This document shows, in pieces, positions 1 to 17,217 of a stretch of DNA of 64,000 nucleotides. A model generated the notes under the pieces. It was not told where the DNA came from. It searched no databases and saw nothing but the letters and a program-made list of their open reading frames with translations. This DNA is from the human T2T-CHM13v2.0 reference genome, Homo sapiens: the NCBI RefSeq assembly GCF_009914755.1, contig NC_060943.1. The stretch is one strand, 5' to 3'. Numbering within the stretch: position 1 is the first letter of the stretch; each line of letters starts with the position of its first letter. Position numbers and translations under genes: made by a program.

Positions 1-329
1 TCTTTCTGGCTAATAACAATTTTTGCGTGCAGGTCTAAAACTTCCTGGGAGCTTCTGAATTCAGCCTTCCCCTCCCTGGGCACCAATTCAGCAGGGGCAG
101 GTATAGCGCTGTCAATGGGCTCCAAAGCAAACAGACACCCACAGGACCCAGGAATCAGACAAAAGAAAGGGGGCATGCGGGACATGCAGGGAATGTTCAT
201 GGGACAGGGAAGAAGTCCACAAGCCCTTTCTCTCCCGGCAGCTCGTTGTCGGATTTCACCTGGAATATCTTTGGCCTACATCCAGATTAAATGCCAGTTA
301 GAAAGCTCTGCCCACCCGACTTTTCGGGG

Positions 330-720
330 CAGACAGCAACGATGGTGAGCTCTAATCATTTACAAAGGTCATGATCCAGAGCGAGCCGCGGAGCAGTCAT
401 TTAAAATTCGATTGATCCCTATTTGTAGTCAGGGAAAGAAAATGGGCACTTGGACTGTATTGTAATTATGAGGCTTCCAGGCAACCATAAATAGATGTGC
501 AATCTCAGTACTGGAAAATATCTGGAAGAAGAAATTATTACTCTGGCATGGTACGTTGCTAGGAAAGGTTGAAGACAAAATTGCGCATAAAAAAATCAAT
601 CATCTTTTAGCTAATTTGCTTCTCTCGCCACTCATCGGGGTTATCACAATTATCAGATGTCTGCCGAATATATTATGAGGAGGATCTGCTGGCTGAAAAT
701 GATCTTCAAGAAAGCAAAGG
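330..720. promoter_or_regulatory. Candidate enhancer / conserved non-coding element
   Basis: Repeat-free island with retained CpGs. Motifs: AAAGGTCA (364-371), AAATCAATCA (593-602; PBX/ONECUT-like), CCATAAA, TAATTA. Confidence 0.45.
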
Positions 721-1019
721 CCTCAAATTTGGTGGGGACTCTGGAGAGCTGGCATTTGGGGCTGGGTGGGCTCCAGGGGCCACGAGCATAAGGGAAGAGC
801 CTTGGGGTGGCTCTTTTGGAGCCTCTTGCTAAGGGATAGGTTTCCAGAGTTCTTGAGAGCATCAGCCCTGTGTAGGCACTGCAAATACCATCTCGATGTC
901 CACCCTGCTGGGGAAATCAGTCTGGGAAGAGGAGGATCTGCTCATTCTGTGAGTGGCAGAAGATCAAGTGGCCGGCACATCCTCTGCTGCTTAGTCCCAT
1001 GGGGCTGGCCCTGGTACTT

Positions 1020-1160
1020 GACATTCATAACCTTAACCTTAACCACACCCCCAGGAATGAGTATTACCAACCCCCTATTACTGATGGGGAAACTGAGGAA
1101 CAGTAAGATTCAGAAGTGTGCCCAAGATCACCTGGAGGCATGTGGCAGAGCTAAGCCCAG
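1020..1160 (-). mobile_element. MIR SINE fragment
   Basis: MIR core-like 'actgatggggaaactgagg...aagtgtgcccaagatcac'. Confidence 0.75.
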
Positions 1161-1769
1161 AGCCACCTGGAGGTGGGGACCAGGGGACCTGGAGGTCCCA
1201 CCTTGTTCCAGGCAGGGCCACGCCAGTCCAGTGCTTTTAGAAGAGGCGAAGGCAGGGGTGCCCACTCTCCACCTCTGCCTCTGCCTCTCTTCCATGCCCC
1301 TGAAGAATCTCTCCCTTCGAATCCTTAGGAACCTTCAAGGCTCTAGGCAAAAACAATGCTTGCTGGATGGCAAATGTTCCCCACGGGGGCTGGCGAGCCT
1401 TCTGAGTCTACTTCCTGAGCCTGCCATAGTCCAGAGGGCTGGCCCTGGTTCTGTGTGGGGAGGATCTCTGACCCTGACTCCATGGGGTCACCCCACCTTC
1501 TGAGCTGGTGCTTCCAGCACCTTGACATCCCAGAAGCCCCATGATGGCCTCCAGTGGGATCAACAGAGCACTCTCAGGAATGATGCCAATTAAATCAAGG
1601 TCCCCTTTTCTCTGCACGGAACCAGCCAACACCAGCCAGCAGTGCCAGACCGTGAGCTGGGCCAGGCAATCCCCAGCCAGGCAAGGGTGACAAAGAGGAC
1701 AGCCCACCTGAGAATCACCTGCCACCACGGAACTAGCATCTAAAGGAGCGTAATATACTCATGTCATTC

Positions 1770-1912
1770 TTTTTAAATTTTTTCTTATTTTTTAAAAATA
1801 ATTGAGATGGGGTCTTCCTGTGTTGCCCAGGCTGGTCTTGAACTCCTGGGCTCAAGTAATCCACCCGCCTTGGCCTCCCAAAGTGCTGGGATTACAGACG
1901 TGAACCACAGCA
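1770..1912 (-). mobile_element. Alu monomer (FLAM-like)
   Basis: T-rich tail followed by an antisense left-arm Alu sequence only. Confidence 0.85.
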
Positions 1913-1924
1913 ACTGCTCATACT

Positions 1925-2280
1925 GAAGTAATTCTACTTCTACAAATCTATCCCAGGGAAACAGGGTGTAGACAGAGATGTATGCATGGAGATGTTGATC
2001 CCAATGTCATTCAACAATGGCAAAGAATGTAAGTATTCACCACTGGGGACTGGTTGGATGAAGTAAGGCCTACGAATTGTGTAGATATTACACCACCATT
2101 GCAAGGCTTTATATAGAGTTTCTAGTGCTGCGAGAAATGTTTATGAAAGAAGGCTAAACAACTACCGCAACAACAAAAAAAAGGAATAAAATTATATGGA
2201 ACCTTGTGGAGGATGAGTGAATGGATAACTATGAAGATTACTAGTGATGAGGTTCCACTTTCCTATTTTTTGGTTCTTTT
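1925..2280 (+). mobile_element. Old L1M 3' fragment
   Basis: Degenerate 'gtaattctacttctacaaatctatcccagggaaa...' resembling the L1 ORF2 end/3'UTR. Confidence 0.55.
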
Positions 2281-2297
2281 CAAAATTGTCTGAAGTT

Positions 2298-3042
2298 CAA
2301 ATCGAAACCACAATGCAATACCACTTTACTCCTGCAAGAATGGCCATAATAAAAAAAAATTAAAAAACAATAGATGTTGGCATGGATGTGGTGAACAGGG
2401 AACACGTCTGCACTGCTGGTGGGAATGTCAACTAGTACAACCACTGTGGAAGACAGCGTGGAGATTCCTTAAAGAACTAAAAGTAGAACTACCGTTTGAT
2501 CCAGCAATCCTACTACTGGGTATCTACCCAGAGGAAAAGAAGGATCATACAAAAAAGATATTTGCACATACATGTTTATAGCAGCACAATTCGCAATTGC
2601 AAAAACGTGGAACGAACCCAAATGCCCATCAATTAATGAGTGGATAAATAAACTGTGGTATAAATATACAATGGAATACTACTCAGTCATAAAAAGGAAT
2701 GAATTAATGGCATTCACAGCAACCTGGATGGGATTAGAGGCTATTATTCTAAGTGAAGTAATTCAGGAATGGAAAACCAAACATATGTTCTAAGTGGGAG
2801 CTAAACTATGAGGATGCAAATGTATAAGAATAACACAATAGACTTTAGGGACTCAGGGGGAAAGAGTGGGAAGGCGGTGAGGGATAAAACACTACAAATA
2901 AAGTTCAGTGTATACTGCTCAGGTGATGGGTGCACCAATATCTCACAAATCACCACTGAAGAACTTACTCATGTAGCCAAACACCACCTGTTCCCCCAAA
3001 ACCTATGGAAATAAAATAAATAAAACATAAAAATAAATTTTT
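2298..3042 (+). mobile_element. 5'-truncated L1PB-type element (ORF2 C-terminus + 3'UTR)
   Basis: ORF 2572-2793 'MFIAAQFAIAKTWNEPKCPSINEWINKLW' matches the L1 ORF2 C-terminus. L1PB-like 3'UTR and A-rich tail; flanking repeat AAAATTGTCT near 2282 and 3044 (probable TSD). Confidence 0.9.
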
Positions 3043-3194
3043 AAAAATTGTCTACAATTAGCTACCATCCTTCTCTTCCCAAATCTTGTGGCCTTGGAGT
3101 GGTGGCTGGGATCCTGGCCTGCCATCCTGGGTCATCCATGCCAACAGCAACTCAGGAACCCCAAATTTGGGTTTACCAGAAGGAGCTGGTCTTT

Positions 3195-3510
3195 TTTAAA
3201 AAAATTGTGACAAAATTTACCCTTTCAACCATTTTTAAGTGTAAAATCCGGTGGCACTAAGTATATTCGCAATGTTATGCAACCATCACCACTATCTATC
3301 TTCAAAACTTCATCTCCTTAACCAGAAACTCTGTGCTAGTTAAACAATAATGCTCTGTTCCCCCTCCCCAGCCCCAGGCACCCCCATTCTGCCTCCTGTC
3401 CCTGTGATTTGCCCAGTCCCGCACCTCCTACAAATGGAATCACACAGTCTTTGTCCTTCTGTGTCTGGCTCTTGCACATAGCATGGTGTCTCCAAGATTT
3501 GTCCCACCCC
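3195..3510 (-). mobile_element. L1MB-type 3' end
   Basis: Antisense 'aaatttaccctttcaaccatttttaagtgta...gcaaccatcaccactatc'. Confidence 0.75.
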
Positions 3511-4599
3511 GTCCCTACCTCCATTTAATTCTCATTAAATTCAGGATGGGCAGGGCTGTTCCCACTTAACAGTGGGAGAAACTGAGGCTCACGAAGGTTG
3601 AGCCAGGACTTGTTCTCAGTTTGACCCTGAGTCCATCTCTTGCTGCAGCCGCGGAGACCTGCTGAGCACGTTCCAGAGTTAGACGAGGAAGGAGCCGTGG
3701 TGGGTGTGGCCTCTCCAGTCGTGTCACCTGTGCCGAGCTGAGTGTTTGCACGTCCCTCCACCCCGACTCCTGAGAATAAACAGTCCATTCGCCCTAAAGC
3801 TTTCCTGAGGTCACAAAGGTCTTGGGCAAGACTCCCAGCTTTTCTGGGCAGCTGGGCCCCAGCTGGTTCCTTCCCAGAGCCCGGCTCTGACACCCTGCCC
3901 ACTCAATCCTGCTTCCCACCCTCAGGGAGGCAGACGTGGGCAGACGTCCTTGCCCTCACATTGGCCCACTGCCCTCCCCATGTTCTTCCCTCTCTCAGCA
4001 GCATCTCGAGGCCCCTCGAAGGTGTCAGACCCAGATGGCTGACCTCCTGTACATGGGGAGGGCTGGGCTGCAGCCCTGGGGCCCCTCGACAGCCACCTTC
4101 ACCCAAGGTTACCAAAGTGCTGTGCACACTCACCCAAGGGTCCCAGCCAGCCGCCATAGCAAGCAGAACAGCTTCTGTGCAGGCCCCGTCAGGAGCCACC
4201 TTGAATCTTCCTTCAAACCAGTCCTCCAAAGGGACCTGGTGACGCTGGGCCCCAGGGGCTCACTGTCCCCAGAAACAGGCCTTCTCCCAGTCCTGGCTGT
4301 TTCCACCCACCCTGGGAAGCACCCCCACTCTGAACACTCTATCATAGCAATGGGGGACTTTGTGAAAATTGTATCCCTAGTAAAGATACCTTCTCCACAA
4401 CCGAATCAGAACAGTTCAGTAATGGGTAGAGTCCCCTTAAACAAGTATAATACCTGCTAACAATGCTCACCTCACATTACCTGTGAGGTAAGCAATTATC
4501 AATTTTCCACTCTATTTCCACAACACATTACATTACTACTGAGGCACATATACCTTAGAAATGATCATTTCCTCTTTCTCTCTCAGGTGTCTCTTTCTC

Positions 4600-4908
4600 T
4601 CTTTTATTATTATTATTATTTTAGAGACAGAGTCTCGCTGTGTTGCCCAGAGTGGTGTGCAGCAGTGCAATCACAGCTCACTGCAGCCTTGAATTCCTGG
4701 GCTCAAGTGATCCTCCCAGCTAAACCTCCCAAGTAGCTGGACTACAGGCGCTCGCCAGTAGGCCTTGCTAATTTTGTTTTTACTTTTGTAGAGATGGGGA
4801 TCTCACTGTGTTGCCCAGGCTGGGCTTGAACTCCCAGCCTCAAGCGATCCTCCTGCCTCAGCCTCCCAAAATGCCAGGACTACAGGTGCACATCACCATG
4901 CCTAGCCT
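4600..4908 (-). mobile_element. AluJ
   Basis: Full antisense dimer with (TTA)n tail. Confidence 0.9.
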
Positions 4909-5211
4909 TGCATATCATTTTAGTCCTGTAGTGATTAAGCCAAAAATCCAGACAGGTGGTCCCTGTGATACTGTGATGCTTGCCTTTGCTCCAATCTCTC
5001 CCAGCATCCCCAGCTTGGACAGCCGCGGGAGTCTCTTCACCAGCCTCCCTGCCTTTCCCCTTGCCCCCTTTGAAAACTATCCCCCTCACAAAAGCCTCCC
5101 AAAGCGCTGGGATTACAGATGTGAGCCACTGCGCTCAGCCAGCTTTGTCCTTTGATAACCTCTGTATCTTCAGGGACTATGACAGATTAGGTGCTCAACA
5201 ATGTTTGTTGA

Positions 5212-5536
<325 letters not shown>

Positions 5537-5622
5537 TAGTCGGGGTTTTTTTAAGTCCACATTTTATCCAAGGCTCCCCTTGGCCTCTGCCCCATCCTTC
5601 TGCTCAAAGGAGTTGTCCTCAC

Positions 5623-6730
<1,108 letters not shown>

Positions 6731-7105
6731 TGATGTCCCCCTGGATGCTTCCTTTCACCAGGCACAACCAGTTGGTCCCCAGTCTGGTGGATTCCACCCC
6801 TAAGTCTTTCTGACACTGTCTGAATTCATTTTCTGTGTCTGCTGTAACTAATTACCACCAACTCAATGGCTTAAGACAGCAGAAATGGACTCTCTCACAG
6901 TTCTGGAGGCCAAAAATTCAGTATCTGTGGGCTGGAATCAACACGTTGGCAGGCTCTGGAGGAGAATCTGTTCCGTGCCTTTTCCAGTTCTATATTCCTT
7001 GGCTGGTGGCCACATCACTCCTGTCTTTGCTTTCATGGTCACAGCGCCTTCTCCTCTTCTGTCCGCATCAAATCTCCCTCTGCCTCCTTAGAAGGACATG
7101 GGTGA

Positions 7106-7792
<687 letters not shown>

Positions 7793-9020
7793 TAAGGTAA
7801 CCTTCATAGATTCCAAGGATTAGGACCTGATATCTTTGGGAAGCATTATTCGGCCGCCACATGTCCCACCGTCACTCCCCTGCCCCCAACTATCATGAAC
7901 GACCTCCTGTTTGGCCCCATCAAATCCCAGCTATAATCAGAGACATCTTTCTGAAGGCAAATCTGCTCCAGTAGCTCCACACTCAAAGCCCTCGTCTGGC
8001 TTTCTGCTGCCTGCAGGACATGGAGCCCACGGCCTAGCCAGGCCCCACTCCCTCTCTGCACCAGCCTCTCCCACCACAGCTCCCAGTGCCTCGAGGGACC
8101 AGGAAGGCTCTGCTGCCCCGTGCATGTGCAAGGTGGGGGGCACAGCTCCAGCTGACTGCAATCAAGTGGGAATGCAGATGCAGGAGTTTTAAGAGAACCC
8201 AGAAATCCAGGTTTGGTTTGCTTTTAGTTTTAGTGTGAAAACTGTCTGTATTTATATTCTGACATCTAAAGAAGAAAATGTGACATAGCACAGGCCACAC
8301 AAAGCAGTCTTCCATCTGCCCCTTTGCAACCTCTGCAGGAGCGTGTGGCTCCCTTCCGTCACTCAGCCTCTGCCTGCTCTCACCCCTTGCTAGAAACACC
8401 CCCTGGCCCTGTCCTCTACCCCCTAATATGCCCCTTGCCTAATGAGCCCTAACTCTCCCTTGTCCTCTGCGTGGATGCCATCTTCCTGAAGACTGACCAA
8501 GGTATTCTCATGGGCTGACTCCCATCCTGGCTCACATCACCCCGAAGAGATGACACCTACCCAGGGTCTCTGTCTCCCACAAGACCGGGAGCACCTGCAG
8601 GGCAAGGATCTATGCCCCCACAGCCTGGTACAGATATTTGCAGAATTATGAATATAGTTCTCTCCCTTAGGAAAACACCAAACATTTTATTTTCAGGGTG
8701 TAGCCACAAAGTTACCAAATTTGGAAGCAAAAACATGAGTTAAAGTTCTTCCAAAATGAATTCTTAAACTTAGACTTAAGAACTGTTGGCTACTCTTGCA
8801 AAAGACCAATAGGAAAGATGAGAGTCTGCCTGCACTTTTTGGGCAGAGTCGCTATTCACTGACTGTCAGGATTTGCTGCCAGCACTTGGAAGGCCCACCA
8901 AGCCTTCCGTAGTTTGGATATCTGCATCCGTTTGCACTCCGCTGTACAGCCCCATGAAGAATAGAGTCCAGCAGCACCACTGCTCTTGGGCTCTTGGGTT
9001 GACAGACTCTTATCCAAGTC

Positions 9021-9316
9021 TTTTTTTTTTTTGTAGATGGAGTCCGGCTCTATTGCCCAGGTTGGAGTGCAGTGGCACAATCTCGGCTCACTGCAACCTC
9101 CGCATCCCAGGTTCAAGTGATTCTCCCGGCTCAGCTCCCCCGAGTAGCTGGGACTACAGGCATGCACCAGCACGCCCGGCTAATTTTTGTATTTTTAGTA
9201 CAGGCAGGGTTTCACCATGTTGGCCAGCTGGTCTCAAACTCCTGACCTCAAGTGATGCACCTATCTTGGCCTCCCAAAGTGCTGGGATTACAGGCATGAG
9301 CCACTGCACCCAGCCA
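9021..9316 (-). mobile_element. AluS with 16-bp TSD
   Basis: TSD ACTCTTATCCAAGTCT at 9006-9021 and 9317-9332. Confidence 0.95.
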
Positions 9317-9974
9317 ACTCTTATCCAAGTCTATCAACACCATGGTAGCCAACATTAACCATTCTTATGAGTGTAAATGACACTTATCTGCCTTGTGTGC
9401 AATACCTTGAACCTACCTGGCATCATGGCATCCCAACCCACCTATTGCAGAGGAGGTGAACATCACCACCTTAGGAGAAGCAAGCAGCTAGAAGTTTACA
9501 ACACTGGTATTCATTATGACTGCAAAGGAATACCATCAAATTTAGAATGCTTCCTGACTCCCCATCCCCCAAAACTTCCATTGAAAGAGTTAATTTTACA
9601 ATAACCATCACAAAGGACTGAAGCAGAAGTCCAGCAATTAAAGTATAAAATCAATTAGCATAGAAGCAGAGCCTGGTATAGGTGAATTTGGAGGCACAAA
9701 TTTGACCAAAACAAGCGGGAACAGTTGCTTTGGAAAGAGTCTGACAACTTTGCACTTTCCACATTGTCTGCCATTAACATGCAGTACCTTTATAATCAAG
9801 CAAATGGTGAAATATTTAAGTGTCTGGAGAAACAGTTATTCAGTTAGCAGAAGCCTCCCAACAGCCCACGGAGCTGCTGGACTCCGGGAGCAGCAGAGGG
9901 ATGGGGCGAGCCTTTGCCCTGCAGGGGGCACAGCGCGGACTTGGGAGGCAAAAGCACCAATGTGTGGTGCTTAG

Positions 9975-10532
<558 letters not shown>

Positions 10533-10776
10533 TAACTCATGCTACTGAAGCAAATTACTTGCTAAAGAAACACAGCCTAGCATCGAGGCATTCTTTAAAT
10601 GCAGCGAGACACAGGTTTTAGGCTGAGTACCAATCCCCTGGAAGAGGCCCCAGCCACATGACCCTTCTGGAGGTGCTTCTCTGAGGTGCCCTGGGGCTGT
10701 GAGTGATCGTGTCAGTGCCCGGCATGCTGCCTGGCATACATAGGTGATGGCTGAATGAATCTTGAAGGATTAGAGA

Positions 10777-11738
<962 letters not shown>

Positions 11739-13208
11739 ACAGATTATATCCAAGCTTCTTCTCTAACTGAAAACAGCAAAGCTTAATGCTGGTTGTGACC
11801 ACCATGGAGACAGAGTAGAGCCTTGACCTCTCTCGACCTTTCCCAGGGAGAAGAGACTAAGCAGATTATTTGAGGGCTGCTGGCATCCACTAAGTCAATA
11901 TTTAGACATCATATTGAGCCTCTCTGTGTGATCTGGAAAGCTCCCTCCACAGACAGGACTTGTCTGAAAAGGAGAAGGTGGTTTCACTCCCATGGAGGTG
12001 CCCCAGGGGTCCCTGAGTTAGAAAGGGGCCTGGCTCTGTGTCCCTGGCAGCCTCTCCCTCATGCCTGGTACAAGCTGGACCAGTCACCATAACAAAGAGG
12101 GACTTGCTTTAAAAAAAGAAAAAAAAAAAGGTGGGAGACACACCATATGAAATTGATGGGGATGCCACAGTTTGCAACTGCCATTTCACAACCACTTTAG
12201 AAGAAGCAGTGTGTTCTGGTGGTAATGAATTCATCATCGTATTCAGCACCACTTGGACAGTGGGTGGGAATGTGGCTGGATTTTCCATTTCCATGGCTGT
12301 AAACCAGTAAGCTGTGAAGCAGGAAGTCTCACATAGCTACAAGATGCAACTGCTAGACTCTAGAATAGAAGGGTATTAATTCACTATTATGCTGTCTCCT
12401 GAGCTGGAAGCTTCCTCGTGGATAGCCCTCACCTCTCACCACTCAGAGACCTCAGAATCTTCCCTCAGGCTGTGCTGGTTCAGGCCCTGGTGAGATCTTG
12501 CCTGGTTGGTAAAATAGCCTCTACCATGGCATTGCACAAAGCCTTAGAAAATAATGTGAAAAGCGCCCCTAGCGTTGTACAGCTGCAGTCAGCAGAAGTC
12601 TCTTTTATAAATGCAAATCCAAACCTGTTTATACTTGGCCCTAAATGCTGCAGTCCTCATTGCCCTGGGCCCTAACGCACACCCTCCAGGCTCATTCTCT
12701 GGGTCAGAACCTTAGTGAGTCCCTGAACACACCATGCACATTCACCTGGCCTTGCTCTTGAACTTGCTGCTCTTCGTCCAGAGAACCCTTGCCCTCCATT
12801 CTGGTCTAATAAGCCCCTATTCATTCTGTAAAACTCAGTGCCAGTGCCACGTTTCTCCACGATGCCCCCTGCTCCTGGCTGCCGCTTTCACACTTAACAA
12901 TGAGTTATCTACCTTTGCAAATATGCATTGCTTCTGCCTGGCTCTTGCAAGCTTCTTACAGGCAGGAGATGGTGTCTTTTTCACCTTTGTATCCCTGGTT
13001 ATTTGCACCAACTCTAGCAAAGAGCAGGTGCCAGATCATGTCGGAGGAGCTGAACTAGGTGTTTGGAAGTGCTGCATGAGGGTCTGTGCTTACAACCTGG
13101 ATCTTCGGTAAAATTCTCGAGGTCAGACAGGTTGAGGCTCTAACAGAGGTGGCTGCTTTTGTCTGTGAGATTCCTGGCGGGTCAGTATCTATCCATCATC
13201 ACCCTCCT

Positions 13209-13721
<513 letters not shown>

Positions 13722-14565
13722 TAAGTACTTCTGCACCCAGAAGCACGACCAGGTCACATTTGGAGGCTGGAATGGCAGCCCTTTGGGACTTGACCCTATC
13801 TCCCTGCCTTTGCAGCCATCTCTTCTCTCACTCACCATTCTCTGGCCTTCCCAAGCTACTCACACTCCCGAATGGACCATGCATTCCCACCGACTGTACC
13901 CCCATCCTGCAAGGCCTTCTGCACCTGGCAAGCTCTGCCCATTCCCCAGGAGCCCTCACAAGTGTCCCTCCCTCTGTGACTTCTGTCCTGACTCGCCTCC
14001 CCTCTGCTGACTTAAGGGCTTTGGAGCACTCACCACCGTATGCTAGTGATTTGCTGCTTCTCCATTGCACGGGGCCCATGAGGCCCTGAGGACAGGAATG
14101 GTCTCTGTGTCCTGGGTTTCCCTCCAGGCTGGGGTGGTGTTCTGCATGCAGCCTGCGCTCAATTTGTGCTCGTGGGCACCAAATCAGATGCTCAGAATGG
14201 TGGAAAGAACATTCTAGAAAACAGCTACTCTGGTCCATCCACACCCTTCCCAGGAAAAGAAGATATTGATATAAAATCTTTTCCTTTCTCTAAAGAAATA
14301 TTTGCAAATCTTTTGCCAAAATCTCTGTGAGTGAGCATGTACAATTGCTGCAAACTGCAATGAATGAGCAAAAAGGTTAATTTTCACTCCCCTGTCTGAT
14401 AACAGGGTTATTGAATCAGACTCCTCAGCAGAGACCCTCAGACCACCGGGCTGAGCCCCTCAGCTTTTTTTTTTTTTTTTTAAATGGGAAAACCACACGT
14501 TTAAGGACCATCCTTCTTTTCACCAATGAGAAATCTTGAGCCTCTTCCTAGTCTTGTTTCACTAA

Positions 14566-14673
14566 AACACTTTATTTTAATCAAGTACTTGGAGAGAAAG
14601 CTGCTGAAACTTATTCAAATGCAACACTTAATTTTAATCAAGTAGTTGGGGAGAAAGCCAATGAAACTATTTC
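14566..14673. repeat. Diverged 57-bp tandem duplication
   Basis: aacactttattttaatcaagtacttggagagaaagctgctgaaact vs aacacttaattttaatcaagtagttggggagaaagccaatgaaact. Confidence 0.85.
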
Positions 14674-15019
14674 CAGAGTATCCTATACAGATAGGAAAGA
14701 AGGTAACATGCTGTTCAGAGGCACTGCTGTTTCTGTGACTGGGTCCGTAGTCTAATACAGCCAAAATATTATTATTTAAAATTAAGATGTTTTTTAAAAA
14801 AGACACAAAACATCTAAAGCCTCCATTCCAAAAAGTGGGGATCTCTATTACAAAAGAATACCTCAATCAAAGTTACCTGCTATGCCCTGTCTCTTCTCGA
14901 GCAGACAGGCCCCTGGGGGAAGCTGGGGAGAAGGAGATTGTTCCAGAGGCCTGGCTTCCAGAAGCTTCCCCCTCTCTCCATGCAAGCAAACAACACACCA
15001 CTGGACCAGGCTCCAGCAG

Positions 15020-15650
15020 CTAAAATAAAACAGCTGTGTTTCTCACTCAACACCCTCTTTTACCAGATGAAGGGCACTGATTCATGGAAAGGAGACAAAT
15101 ATTTCAGGCCATTTTTTCAGACACTGACAAGGAGTAAATTAGGAAATCATGTAAGTACAATGCGCGCGTCATCGCTTCCTATTGATCACATGTAATTTAC
15201 ATCTTACAAAGATGTGAATTCTTGCATTCTCACTCCACAAGGAAAATCTCGATGATTTATTCATTTCAAATGAAAAATAGAAGGTAGATGAGAAGAATGA
15301 CTTCACAGACTGCATCGTTCTCGGGGCACTGGTGCGAGGCTTTCTCATACACTGCCCGAAGGGCTCCGTGTGCAAGTCCCTCTAATTAACAAGGTGAATC
15401 ACGCTGCAGCTCTCTAATTAGTGAGCCTGACAAGCCAGCGGAAACAGCCAGGCAGACTGGTATACATCGCTGGCCGACAAAGGCACGGCACATTCCAAGT
15501 GAAAAATGCAGATTTCTCCGAAATAACTATAAAAAGTAAGATGGTTGGGGAAAAAAAAGACCCACCTAATTTTAATTCTCATGTTTCATGTGCAGTTCTT
15601 ATTTGCTCTCATGCGTAACCAGCTCCTTGGTAAGATGAGATTTGCCTACG
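15020..15650. promoter_or_regulatory. Candidate developmental enhancer
   Basis: Repeat-free with many CpGs. Motifs: TGATTTAT (PBX-HOX), two CTCTAATTA, ACATTCCA (TEAD-like), ACAAAG. Confidence 0.5.
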
Positions 15651-15699
15651 CTCTTTGAACCACCTTTCCAGGGAAACTATCCTTTAAAACAGATGCATT

Positions 15700-16260
<561 letters not shown>

Positions 16261-16631
16261 AACACAGGTATTTTGGCTTGATATAAGAATCAGTGTCTCA
16301 GTTGGAAATTCATGATCTTCTGTATGTATTTTTGTCCAACATGCAGTACCTTCTAGAATTATTCCTACTTCTGCCAAAACCAGAGATGTCTGATGTCAAA
16401 CCTCTTTGTGATTTACTTGGTGCCATTCAGTCAGTCCCACAGCACACCCTACAAGGAGCCCTCAAAAGCCAGGAAAGGGTAGAAACTTCTACTCTCCAAA
16501 GAGGGGTGGTACCCATGGTTCCTGAGTCACCAGCCTGGCTCACAGGTCCCACTGGAGACAGGCCTGGTGCACTGGCCATTTGCCCTGATTTTAATTGTCT
16601 TTGCTCATCTGCCAACCGGAGGCTCTCCTTC

Positions 16632-17136
16632 TGTATTAGTCAGGGTTCTCTAGCGGGACAGGACTAATAGTATATATATGTATACTATTATATATATATG
16701 TATATATATACACACACACACATATACATATATACATATATATATATAGGAGCTTATTAGGTAGTATTAACTCACATGATCACAAGGTCTCACAATAGGC
16801 CGTCTGCAAGCTGAGGAGCAAGGAAGCCAGTCCAAGTCCCCAAACTCAAGAACTTGAAGTCTGATGTTCAAGGGCAGGAAGCATCCAGCATGGGAGAAAG
16901 ATGTAGCCCAGGAGGCTAGTCCAGTCTACTCTTTTCACGTTCTTCTGCCAGCTTTTATACTAGCTGTGCTGGTAGCTTATTAGATGGTGCCCTCCCAGAT
17001 TGAGGGTGGGTCTGCCTTTCCCAGCCCACTGACTCAAACATTAATCTCCTTTGGCAACATCCTCACAGACACACCCAGGATCAATAGTTTGCATCCTTCA
17101 ATCCAATCAAGTTGACACTCAGTATTAACCACGACA
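16632..17136 (-). mobile_element. MLT2A (HERV-L) solo LTR with internal (TA)n/(CA)n microsatellite
   Basis: 'tgtattagtcagggttctctag...gttgacactcagtattaaccacgaca'; perfect 5-bp TSD CCTTC. Confidence 0.92.
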
Positions 17137-17217
17137 CCTTCCATGATCATTAGCTAGGCTTTCTGAGTGGGCCCAGCAGCTTGGGAGGTGTCCTGGGGGC
17201 AGCTGCCAGGTGACCTC

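Noticed and set aside
766-1503. 245-aa ORF, the longest in the window
   Set aside because: It begins at a GTG in GC-rich DNA, runs through a MIR element, and has no recognisable domain; most likely chance.
3525-4460. Cluster of overlapping 100-174-aa ORFs on both strands
   Set aside because: GC-rich stop-poor sequence with Pro/Ser/Gly-biased translations in several frames and no exon structure.
4463-4494. Hairpin tgctcacctcaca-ttacc-tgtgaggtaagca as a pre-miRNA or terminator
   Set aside because: The stem is too short for a pre-miRNA, and bacterial-type terminators are irrelevant in this context.
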